A stretch of 64,000 nucleotides of DNA from Octopus vulgaris. Lineage: Eukaryota. Below the pieces are notes generated by a model. That model saw nothing but the letters and a program-made list of their open reading frames with translations. It was not told the origin of the DNA and did not search any database. Below, piece by piece: positions 47,211 to 58,084 of this stretch. The number at the start of each line of letters is the position of its first letter. The stretch's first letter is position 1. The translations under genes and the position numbers were made by a program. The stretch lies in NCBI GenBank assembly GCA_951406725.2, contig OX597814.1, positions 206,460,001-206,524,000 of the forward strand, in the 5' to 3' direction.

Positions 47211-47834
47211 TTGAGAGTAGTGGGCGATGATTCATTTGTAGAGCGAAACTACTTTCATGAATAAAAGAAAAAATTACATCAACCGAATATATAATCCTGT
47301 GTGGAAAGTCCTTTGTAGAATTTTATTGATTTGAAAATTTTAGTTTGATGTGTTCAATATTATGAGAGTATCATTACTCAACATATTCGTTTTATATTGA
47401 AACTATAATTAAAAGTAAAAGACAGGCAGACCTGTGCATGTGTTTATCATTGGCACAATGACCCTCCCAAGACACACAAAAAATATTTTGTTTTAGAATT
47501 GAACTATATATTTGTTTTATTATTCTGTAATATGCATTTACATGGTAAAGACTCAGTTTTCTTTTCGTTTTAGATAGAAATTACATTTGTAACAAGTTCC
47601 CTCTATCAATCAAACAAAGATGGTAAAATATTCCATTTACTTTCCCTCTTTCCAATGTTTAGAAACTGAAGGAACGGTCAAATACTGGAATCAGTTTCAC
47701 TGATAAAACATCATCTCTAATATTTCTGATTTCCTGTCAGATAACCATCATTCCTGACAAATTTCTTCCTTTCCTGATAAATGTGAGAAACCAAAAGGCA
47801 AAATCTGGGAAGAAATAAAAGATATAAATAAGTG

Positions 47835-48215
47835 CAGACAAGGCTGTGTGCTAACAAGTTTGCTTCCCAACCACAGGATTCTGGGTTCAGTCCCACTGTG
47901 TGGCACCTTGGGTGAGAATCTTCTACTGTAGCCTCAGTTCGGCCGAGGCGTTGTGAGTGAATTTGGTAGATGGAAACTGAAAGAAGCCCAGTATGTGTGT
48001 GTGTGTGACTGTTTGTTATCCACCACTATTTGATGACTGGTCTCAGTATGTTTATGTTCCTGTAACTTAGCAGATCAGCAAAATGGGGTGATTAAATGTT
48101 ACCACCCTTACAAAAGTGAGAAGCACTGGGGTTGATTCTTTTGACGCAAAAAGATCTTCAAGGTGGTGCCCCAGCATGGCCTGAGTCATTAGACTAAAAC
48201 GTTTAAAACACAAAA
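47835..48215 (+). mobile_element. tRNA-derived SINE with CR1/L2-type tail
   Basis: Same head as 43405; tail ggtggtgccccagcatggcc matches the LINE 3' end at ~11302-11321. Confidence 0.8.
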
Positions 48216-48289
48216 GATATACCAATCCTATTAACAAAACAAAATTCAAGAAATCTTTTTCAGAACAAATCAAACTTGAAGAAACTTAC

Positions 48290-48463
48290 CAATATCATTT
48301 TCGCAATACACAAGAAAAGTTCCAGGTTTTCTTCCAGGGAAGACATGTAGAATTTCTAAATTCCCGTTCTCTTCCAAAAAAGCAATTAACATTTCTTTAG
48401 ACATGTCTTTGGGGCCATTTGACACAATCATTGCATCTTCTTGCCAGACTAGATTTTCTGCAT
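48290..48463 (-). CDS. Internal exon (174 nt, phase 1-1) of the same RRM gene, upstream of 43008-43241
   Basis: ttttcag| acceptor and |gtaagt donor; open frame AENLVWQEDAMIVSNGPKDMSKEMLIAFLEENGNLEILHVFPGRKPGTFLVYCENDI joins in frame with the next exon to give an RRM-like unit. Confidence 0.75.
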
Positions 48464-48734
48464 CTGAAAATCAAAATAGCAGAAGAAATTTCAAAATATA
48501 ATTGAGAATATAAAGTAATTATTTAAGAGTGGAAGGCATGGTTGTATTGGCGTTGAAGTGTCTAACCAGGTCAGAGACATTCCGACCATAAATACCCCAA
48601 AGTGTCCTTCCTTCTTTAAGATGTTAGGTGGTACATGAAGAAGATTTAACTGCCTTTTCTAGCAGATCAAGTCATCACTTAGAGGCCCCTTTCTTTGCTT
48701 GATAGCCGAGAGGATTATGAGGTTCCCTGTACAA

Positions 48735-48885
48735 TTAATTGGTTTTAGTTCAATCCCACTGTCCAACAGCACCTTGAGCAAGTATCTTCTACCACAGCCT
48801 GAAGATGACCAGAGCCTTGTGACTGATATTTAGAAGACAGAAACTGTGGACATCATAGGATTTGTGTGTGTGTGTGTGTGTGTGA
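48735..48885 (+). mobile_element. Degenerate SINE fragment
   Basis: gttcaatcccactg...caccttgagcaagtatcttctacc...gaaactg followed by (TG)n. Confidence 0.6.
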
Positions 48886-49049
48886 GTTATCACCAAAAGG
48901 CATTACTTGGAGGAGGCAGTACTCAATGAAAAGCTTTATAACTAGCAGACCATTATGTAGATAGAGAAAGATTCTTCGGATTTGAGGTGACCTGTTGTCA
49001 TCAAACATCAAGGCAACATCCCTGCTGATTAATATAGAATGCAATAATT

Positions 49050-49900
49050 ATGATGATGATGATGATTTCTTTTATTTGCCACAGGGGCGTCAGTGAGGGG
49101 CATTACTCAGACATTTTGCAATCTGTGGGGGGGGGGTCACATAACGGATGAAGGGAAAGAAAGCACCAGTCAATGAACCCCACAGATCCAGGATCACCCT
49201 GACCATGAAGGGCACGAGTCCTCACCCCACTGCTGCCCTCCACTCACCAGGTGCATGCCTAAAGGAGCTTCATTCACCCTAATCATTCTTACCAGTCAGC
49301 CACCTTCCCTCTCCACCCTCAATTTCTTTTCCAAATGGAACTTTAAAAAAAAAGGGATCTGGGTTTAACTGAAGTGGAAGGTGTCTTTCCTTAATTTTTT
49401 TTCGGCCTCGTCCACCACACAAGCCCTTTCTCTCGGGAGAGAAACATCATCTGCCCTGCTTTGTTAAAGGTCAGTGATGGGGTAATCCTCAAAACAGACT
49501 CAACTCATAGCCAGATCCTTCCTACATGTGCCAACAGCTGTTCAACATGACTCTGCAGATCAGAAATGCTTGGACACTGTACGAGGGCATCTCAGCCAGT
49601 CCCATCCATAGAGTTTATGCCAGCGCTGCTCCTCGGTAGCCAGACCAAGAATTTCTGGAAACTACCTGTGCTAATTCCTGGCCTGAATGTCCTCCAAAGC
49701 AGACCAGATGCTTCATACTGGTCAACGCCTAATGTTTTCCTGAGAATGTCATTGCTCTTTCCCGCCAATAGATTTCTATATATTGCTAACATAGAACTTC
49801 CATGACCATAATAATTGATTGCCAGTGAATGCCAGATGACATTCCAGATGCCATGACTCTAATCTTGGTCTTTTTTTTTCTTGATCCCAGACTGCAGCTT
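49050..49900 (-). mobile_element. L1/Tx1-clade LINE 3' fragment
   Basis: Reverse-strand 3' end gtggcaaataaaagaaatcatcatcat like 34670-34703; degenerate zf-RVT region. Confidence 0.65.
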
Positions 49901-50439
49901 CCATCCATCCCCCCACTTTTTCATGTTAGCATAAGTTAGACGGAGACTTTAATTTACAAAGGATTTCACAGAACAATATTCAGAGAGAGGGAACATATGT
50001 TTCTCTATCCATATTTCATGCCTCCATATCCTGTATCCTAGTTTGGTAGACTCACTTCTGCCATAACATTCCATTATGGCCCTTTTGTCATTCTGAGATC
50101 ATCTTCTTCTCTACTTTGCAGAAGTATTCGAATAAACGACCAAACCCACCTGGATGTACAGCAGGTCGCAAAAGGCTTTTCCTTGGGGATTCAGTGTTGT
50201 GATGATAATTTTTATTTGGCATTTCACTCATAAAGAGGACTGTGGTGTTTCAACCAAAAGCAACCATCTCTAAGGCAAAAGAGACCTACTTTCCGTTGTC
50301 GTAGACCTAACCCAATAAAGGGGACCTCTCTATCTTCTCTGGTCTCGGCAGGTACACATTATCATTACGGCTACTATCATGGACCAGTAGCACAGTGTAC
50401 AACGATATGACAATAACAAGGCTGTCTTCAGCAGCAATG

Positions 50440-50497
<58 letters not shown>

Positions 50498-50869
50498 AAT
50501 ACTGTCTGGATGGTCATTGATTCAAACTGAAACCCTCCACCTTTTGCCCGGTTTTTGTCCTGTAGGGTGATCAAATACAAAGAAAAACATTCATCTCACA
50601 AAGTATCCACTGTGAGGTTGCTGGGTTTGACCCTGATGGCCTGTCCTTCATAGATATTGACCAATTTCTGGCCTACTACCATGGCTGCACTTTGATTCCT
50701 ATTTCACTTCTGTGGACCCACCACCACCACCATACCCATTTGATGTTTAAAAACTCCTATTGTATTTTTATGATTAAATATTAGCAGAAAGACCACCCTC
50801 CGCGTGGTTTTCTGCTCGCCCCTTGATAATATGTTCACATTTGATTCCCAATTCTAATAATTATCTGAA

Positions 50870-51220
50870 CGTGGCCGTAGCCAGCACCGCATCGACTGGC
50901 CTATGTGCTGGTGGCACGTAACAAACACCATCCGATCATGGCCATGCCAGCCTCGCCTGGCCTCCGTATCGGTGGCACGTAAAAAGCACCATCTGAGTGT
51001 GGCTATTCGCCAGCCTTGTCTGGCACCTGTGTCGGTGGCACATAAAAAGCACCCACTACACTCACGGAGTGGTTGGTGTTAGGAAGGGCATCCAGCTGTA
51101 GAAACACTGCCAGATCTGACTGGCCTGGTGTAGCCTTCGGGCTTCCCAGACCCCAGTTGAACCGTCCAACCCATGCTAGCATGGAAAGCGGATGTTAAAC
51201 GCTGATGATGATGATGATGA
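50870..51220 (+). mobile_element. SINE-like element, (GAT)n-tail family
   Basis: aaaagcacccactacactcacggagtggttgg...ccgtccaacccatgctagcatggaaagcggatgttaaacgctgatgatgat. Confidence 0.78.
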
Positions 51221-52419
51221 TTATATTTTACGTCTAATTATTTCTTTGTATAATAGTGCTCACTTGCTTAGCACAAATTGCTTTCATAATCTCTCCTTTT
51301 TAAACAAACATCACAGTAGTCCAACAACAGAAGGAGAAGCAGTTTATCAAGTTTTACCTTCCCTTCCCCTCAAAGCAACATAGAGATTTCAATTCAGCAG
51401 CCCTTCTGTAAGCCTTGCAGTGTGTGTGTCAGAGAGAATGAGAGAGAAAACATTGCAAACAATGAATGAAATGAATATGAAATGAAAAAATTGAATAAAT
51501 ATAAAAAAGCATTACTACAGATGTATATGCCCCCAACTTTGTTGCCTCATGACATTCAGAAAAATGGATACGTTTTAACAAAATTTTCTACAAATACCGC
51601 TTAGATGTTGTGGCTTCAGGGATTTATGGGAAACAATTTTTCCGAGGGGGTGGAAAGAGGAGTTTCAGAAAATTCATACAATCTGACTTTTTTCCCTCAT
51701 AATGTTCACAGAGATATGTATCTTTTAATGAAAATTCATACAAATCCCTTTCGAACGGCATAGATTATGATTATAAAGAAATTTGTGGGGGAAATTTTTT
51801 CAGGGATTTTCCCCATTTTTTTAAGCCACAGCCTTCGAAATGATGGGGTTGGGGGAGGGGTATCTTTGTATGAAAATGTTTTGGAAATTCTTTTTTTTTT
51901 ACACCCCCTCCCTCATCATCCCACACCAGACTGTTTTGGCCAATGTTTTTTTGCCACTTCAAAACCATTGGAAGAGTATTTTCAGTAACAAAATAAAAAA
52001 AAATTTGTTAATATTTTCAAAGGGAAAAGTCAGTGATTTAAGGGCAATTTGGCTGTTGTTTCTAGCACATCCAAAGACAACCCTCCTCGTTTCTTTATCC
52101 CTCTCATGTGTATTGATGCTTTTCGATATTTTTCCCCCATAAATACATTTATATGCCATAAAAGAGAAAATCTGAGAAATTATGAATTTTTGGCAACCCC
52201 ACTCCCTGCCCCTGATTGTTTCTGTTTAGAATTTAAAATATTGGAGAGCCTGAGAAGGTCATTGCTGGCATTTATCCATAGTAATTTTTAAAAAATTATG
52301 GAGATTTGCTTGCATAGCAAGTGACTTAACTTGAGATCATTTGCTGAAACACAAACAATTGCAGTGTAGAAGATGTTTGTAAGCTATTCAAGAGCACACA
52401 AAAACTGTTAGTTTCAGAG

Positions 52420-52618
52420 CACTACTTAAATCCTGAAGTCCCACTTAAATACAGAGGTCCCAATGCATCTATGTAATGATATGAAGGGGAGGGTTAGTTT
52501 TTAGGGTTAGGGTTAGGGCTACGGTGTCATTACATGTCCACACAGCATACATGTTTTGTAAGTAACACCTGTATTTAAAGAGTAACATTAAGGGACCTCT
52601 GTATTTAAGAACTACCAG
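52420..52618. mobile_element. MITE-like inverted-repeat element with central (TTAGGG)3
   Basis: ttaaatacagaggtccc (~52445) and gggacctctgtatttaa (~52592) are perfect inverted repeats; ttagggttagggttaggg at 52501-52518. Confidence 0.55.
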
Positions 52619-52840
52619 TTTTTCTTCAACATTAAAATTTCATTTGTGTCTTTTAGTACTTTTAGTAATTATTACATACCTAATTAATAAGCAGCTTTCT
52701 CAATTATAGCATAGATTATTAGGAATTATATAAAAATTGTTAAGATATTTTGTGTACTGTATATAACCAATTTCTTAACAACTAAATTCTATTCAAAATG
52801 AATGGTCACAAGTAAAATTAGTCATAAATATACAAGTATA

Positions 52841-53078
52841 TCATCATCATCATTTAATGTCCGCTTTCCATGCTGTCATGGGTTGGACGGTTTGACTGAG
52901 GACTGGCGAGCCAGATGACTGCACCAGGCTCCAATCTTGCCAGGCAGAGTTTCTCCAGCTGGATGCCCTTCCTGATGCCAACCACTCTGAGAGTGCAGTG
53001 GGTGCTTTTTACAGGCCACAAGCATGGGGGCTGGACAAGCAGCACTGGCATCGACCATGCTCGAATGCTGCTTTTTAA
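52841..53078 (-). mobile_element. SINE-like element, (CAT)n-tail family
   Basis: catcatcatcatttaatgtccgctttccatgctgtcatgggttggacgg. Confidence 0.75.
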
Positions 53079-53107
53079 TATAAGGTAGTACTTTAGTGTT
53101 AATTTCT

Positions 53108-53715
53108 TTAATGCAAGTCTGGTGGTTGGTGCTGCTTTGCTAGTTTTAAATTGTTCTGCTCTTGTGTTGTCAATGATAATTGAAGATCACCTTTTTCTAC
53201 AATGTCGATTCAATTATGAGCTGTTCACAGTAAATTAGCGACATGGCTGAAACCAGATTCAACAAGGTAAGATAAAGGAAAAGCAGTAAAGTACAACTGC
53301 ACTCCCCCACCAGAATAATGGATACTTTGTAGCAGTGTCATTTTTTTTACCATACATTACGTTCTCCATCTTTAAATCTTGCTTGAAATATTTCATCGTT
53401 CTGCAATTCAATGAGATTCTCCTGCAAACAGATATCTACACCAGCAACATGAAATGTCACCCAACGCGGTATATTTAACTGCAGCAGGTCATTAAACTGA
53501 CCTTGATATCATTATGCAAGCTTTTCAAATGTTCAGTAAACAAGGTCATCATCGTGCAGATTACTGTTAATTGATTCCAAACAGGGAAATTCTAATAATA
53601 CACAGCATACAATATTTATTTCCTAGAGCTGTACTTTCCTCAGAAAAGCAGCAATTGCTCCTTTGGAGGATTGGAGATCAAAGTTTTCTCCTTGAAGCTG
53701 TTTGTCAGATATATA
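53108..53715 (-). pseudogene. hAT (Charlie/Buster-like) transposase C-terminal remnant
   Basis: Minus strand LQENLIELQND...FPLSYLVESGFSHV...IVEKGDLQLSLT...HQPPDLH*, resembling the hAT dimerization domain. Confidence 0.75.
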
Positions 53716-53719
53716 TCTT

Positions 53720-54950
53720 ATCAGATTATCTCAGCTTATGCCCCTCAGCCAGGGCTACCTGATGAACAGAATGACCGATTTCATGACACCCTCTTGCAGA
53801 TTATCTCGTTGATGAATGAAAGGGACCTTCTCTTTGTGGCTGGCAACTTCAATGGGCATGTTGGACAACGTGCAAGGGCTTCCATGGTGTACATGGATTT
53901 GGTTCCTGCAATGAGGAGGGAACAAGGATACTGGAGTTCTGTGATGCAAATGATCTTATGGTCTGTAATACTAATTTCAGAAAACCTGCCAGTCACAAAT
54001 TCACCCACTGGTTTGGTGGACGCACTAATCAGATTGACTACATCCTTGCCAAGAAACAGGAAAGATGGCAACTTATAAATGCCAAAACCATCCTAGGTGA
54101 AGAATACACCAGCACAACATAGGTTAGTAGTTATTGACTTTAGGATCAGGGCTAAATGGATGCCCAGAAGATGACCAGTATAGAAAAGCAGGGTCTGGAA
54201 GCTTAATGATCCTGCAAATGGACAGAGATTTAGAGACATATTACTTGAAACTTTTGACAAAATAGGGGAGCATATAGCATCGCATGATGTGGAAGACAAC
54301 TGCAAGTTTCTATGGGACAACCTGCTGAGGGCTACTGACCAGATCTGTGGATGGTGCAAAGTCTCCTCTCAACCCAAGGTAACATGGTGTTGGAACAATG
54401 TAGTTGACAGGGCCATTAATGAAAAGAAACAGGCATAGGAGGACTGGAAGAACAGTGGCAGCAGGGAATTCTATCAGATTGCCAGAAGGGAAGCCAGGAG
54501 ACAGGTTTATTTAGCCAGAGGAGAAGCTGATAAGAAGAAATTTGCCAATGTCCTGTGTCATGAAGACCAAAGACTTGAAGTATTTCGTGTTGCAAGACAG
54601 TGTGTGAGAGAGAATCATGATGTCACAGGAGAGAAATGTGTCCGCATCGATGATGGCTCATTTGCATTTAATGAGGTTGCAAGGAAGGAGACTTGGAGAC
54701 ACCACTCTGTAAGGTTGCTAAATGAAGAGAATGAATGGGAGAAAGAGAGTCTGCCAAATGTCGACCCAACAGAGGGATTAGCTATCTGAATTTAAAAAAA
54801 ACCTTGGTAGATAAAGCAATTAAGGGTATGAAGGCTGGGAAAGCCCCTGGCCCATCAGGAATCACTGCAGAGATGCTTAAAATACTTGGCAGTGTAGTCT
54901 AGTCGTCCATATAGTCAATTAGGTGATACATTAAGGAGTCATACCTATGA
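53720..54950 (+). mobile_element. RTE-clade LINE fragment (second copy of the 36460-39240 family)
   Basis: IISAYAPQPGL, VAGNFNGHVG; colinear with ~36780-37930. Confidence 0.88.
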
Positions 54951-56355
54951 CAACATATTTTTTCAGAGGCATACGACTGGTTTCAATTGTCTTAGCAGCT
55001 GCATAAATCCTTTCATTTAATTCAGTGAGATCTGGTTTTAGTTCTTGTATAATTTCCTTTGTTACATAGTTTCCAATTTTAATTTGTTTTCTATTTTGGA
55101 TTACATTTGAGAATTTATGAAGGGGTTCTCTATCATGCATATTGTTGTGTCTTGCAACTGCAAGGTTATTCAAGATTTTCTACTTCAGTTCTATCATAGA
55201 CTCTCTATGTTCTTCAGTAAAGGTGCAGTCTTCAAACACTGTTTCTTTACCACTTACCTTGTTATCTTTCTCAGGTTCATTACAATTTATTTCTCCAGAC
55301 GTTTGCGTATTCTGGTCAGATGGCAGTCTTTTAATGGAGACTCGTGTGGAGTTGCTCTCTTCGTCTGGTTCTTCACTTCCTTGTCTTATATTTAAGTCTT
55401 TTTTCTGCTGCTCACTTGATTGTGGTTATTTCACTATCTGTGAGTCTTTTATTTCTGAAGATATCCCTCCTAACATTTGCTAACTTGTTTTCTTCCAAAT
55501 ATAGTCTGTTGTCTTGATTTCGTGTTCTCCATATTTGATTAGAGCATGCGGTGTGTTTCATTTCAGATGATCAGCCTAATGCATAATACTAGGCATACAT
55601 TACTTCTGTATACTCTTCTTGGGTCCATTCTGTCTGTGGTGGTGGACTTGGAGGGCTTGAGTTGGGGCAGTTCCCATTCAAGTGACCATCCAGGTTTATA
55701 TTCAGAGAAGAGTTTGTGCCAGTGGATGACTTTTCGACCCCAGGCTGGCTCTCTCCTGGGGGGAAGTGCTTCTAGATTGACCATAGGATAAGCGATTTGG
55801 TGTTTTGTTTTAGTTTTCCTTTGTGTTTTGTGAGACATATCAGTGCTACACTAAAATTATTAGTATTGAGTGCTGTATTGTGGCAGATGTAGAGCCGGTT
55901 GTTGTCTCTGCCACTAATGTCATTAATGCCATTACAGTTACTTTAACCTTGCTTTTACAGCTTTGCTCATCGTTAGTTACCACCAATACTGCCTTGATCT
56001 GTATGGTTGTGGTTAACCTTTGTAGCCATGGTGACAGTATAACTGTTATTTATTTAAAACTACCATCTTTGCTCCTACTACAGTGTGGTATTATTAAATG
56101 TTGTTTGGTTTCGACTTTTGTCTTGTACTTGAGATAATCATAAATATGTAAAGGTTGAGGAAGACAGACCAAATTCTACAGATCTGTAAATAGGATCAGC
56201 AGATGGTAAGACGGTCAACAATGGGCTTTCACATTCCTGTATGATCAGGAGACAAAAGAAGCTTCACACCCTTGGGGTCAGTAGAGGTCAAATGTGTTTA
56301 CTACTACTTGCAATGGAGAGTGCTGACCTTGAACTTGAAAGGAATCAGTTCACCT
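54950..56355 (-). mobile_element. 5' part of an R4/Dong-like RLE element (degraded)
   Basis: LTELNERIYAAAKTI motif typical of the R4-clade N-terminal region; boundaries approximate. Confidence 0.5.
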
Positions 56356-56398
56356 TGTTATTATTTTAATTACTGATAGGGAAAAAATTATATATATA

Positions 56399-56793
56399 CT
56401 AGCAGTATCGCCCGACGTTGCTCGGGTTTGTTTCAACCCTTTAGAATTGGAATTTTTGAAAATTAAAAATTTTGCATTATGTAGCTTGTTATTCTCTTTA
56501 AGTGAACATTTTTCTGGTTGAAATACACTGAAAAATGGCGACACAGCAGTCAAAAAATCGTATAAAATAGGGATTTTCATAGAAAAAAAGCACCTTTTTT
56601 ATGTAAATAATTTTTGGTGTTAACATGGTCCGATTTGAATTTTGTTCTTCTACTGAAGGAAGAGCAAGCCTTCTTCTACCATACTCTCAATTTTGGTCAA
56701 CTTGTGCTGCAGGGTCTCGGAGGAGATAGTGTTAGTTGAAGGCTACCAAACCTGCCACACACAGACAACTTCAGCTTCATATATATAGAGAGA
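56399..56793 (-). mobile_element. Non-autonomous Helitron (~395 bp)
   Basis: Minus-strand 5' A|TCTCTCTATATAT; 3' hairpin cccgagcaacgtcggg then CTAG|T. Confidence 0.8.
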
Positions 56794-57530
56794 TATACCG
56801 ACGTTCACATCATTGAATATTTGAATTTCTGAACTTTTTTGTTAATTCAAAAACATTTTTCTTCTCTTTTTGATTTGCAGTTTTCACAATTGTGTCGTTT
56901 GTATATATTGGCAGGTGCTTACCTCCATAATTTTTATCGTGCATTTCTATTGTTGCAATAAAAAGTATGTTTACAGATTCAAGCAGTGAGGAAAAGAGAG
57001 GTAAAATTCTCACAGAAAATTGTAGATATTAAAGTTATGAATTTTCTAAAGATGATTGTTTATACATCTAACCATAGAAAGCTATAGAGTATGTTTACAT
57101 TTTTGAATACTCAGGGAGAAAAGAAAGGAAAGAAAAGGAGGGTAAAATTTTCAAAGAAAATTGTAGGTTTTAAAATTTACTAGAGACGATTGTTTGTATG
57201 TCTGAACAGAGAAAACTGTAGTGTTCTTAGAATAAAAAGGATGTTTACATTTTCGAATACTCAGGGAGAAAGGAAAGGATGGGTATTCACAGAAGTTGTA
57301 GATGTTAAAGTTTTTAAAGCTGATCGTTTGTGTGTTCGAAAACTGTAGGTATGTAAGCTTCTTATTTTGAGAGAAATTTAAAATACTTGCAGGAAATTGT
57401 AGATATTCCAGTCTTTGAGAGTTATTTTTTCAGTTGTCCTGCTGGGTTGTTTCTGTGTCTTCAGCTGCTGAATGGTCAGAGCAGGGAAGAACACATCCAG
57501 GTGCTGTCAATAGCTGACACTCTTCCATTA

Positions 57531-57578
<48 letters not shown>

Positions 57579-57579
57579 T

Positions 57580-58012
57580 ATGTTTGACTTTTGCTTTGTA
57601 TTTGTACAAGTTGGCTCCAAGTCTCACACAGAGACCTCAAGAGACAACAAGTTAGAAGTTCATGTTGGTGTTATACCTAGGGTATCATATATTTGGTTTT
57701 GCACATAGTATTGTTCTAGAGAATGTTTAAGAAAACATAAGAAAATTATGAATTTGTTTTAAAATTTGAGATTACTTAGACAGTATTTTATGTAGGGTAT
57801 GGGCAGTTCCCATGAGCACTATCTTTTGAATTTCTACCATTTTGGTGTTTCCTGGTATCTGAGCTAGGGAGCAATCAGTCCCTTTTTCAGGGTTATTTTT
57901 CAGTTGTCTTGCTGCTTTGTATTAGTGTTTCTGTGCCTCTGGCTGCTGACTGGTCAGAGCAGTGAAGAACATGTCCAACTGCTGTCAATAGCTGGTCGTT
58001 GTAGTCATCTTC
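57580..58012 (-). mobile_element. Short R4/Dong-type element bounded by (TTA)n on both sides
   Basis: Encodes the RLE C-terminus IQKIVLMGTAHTLHKILSK*; 57890-58000 is duplicated at 57420-57530. Confidence 0.65.
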
Positions 58013-58024
58013 TTCTTCTTCTTT

Positions 58025-58083
<59 letters not shown>

Positions 58084-58084
58084 T

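Noticed and set aside
47557-47630. Possible + strand micro-exon (ttttag...gtaaaa)
   Set aside because: No partner exons or recognisable peptide; such signals arise by chance in AT-rich DNA.
51520-52290. Probable non-autonomous DNA element
   Set aside because: No termini, TSD or second copy identifiable within the window.
56960-57330. Three degenerate ~130-150-bp repeats (gtatgtttacattt...gagaaa)
   Set aside because: Old tandem duplication, probably TE-internal, with no functional signal.
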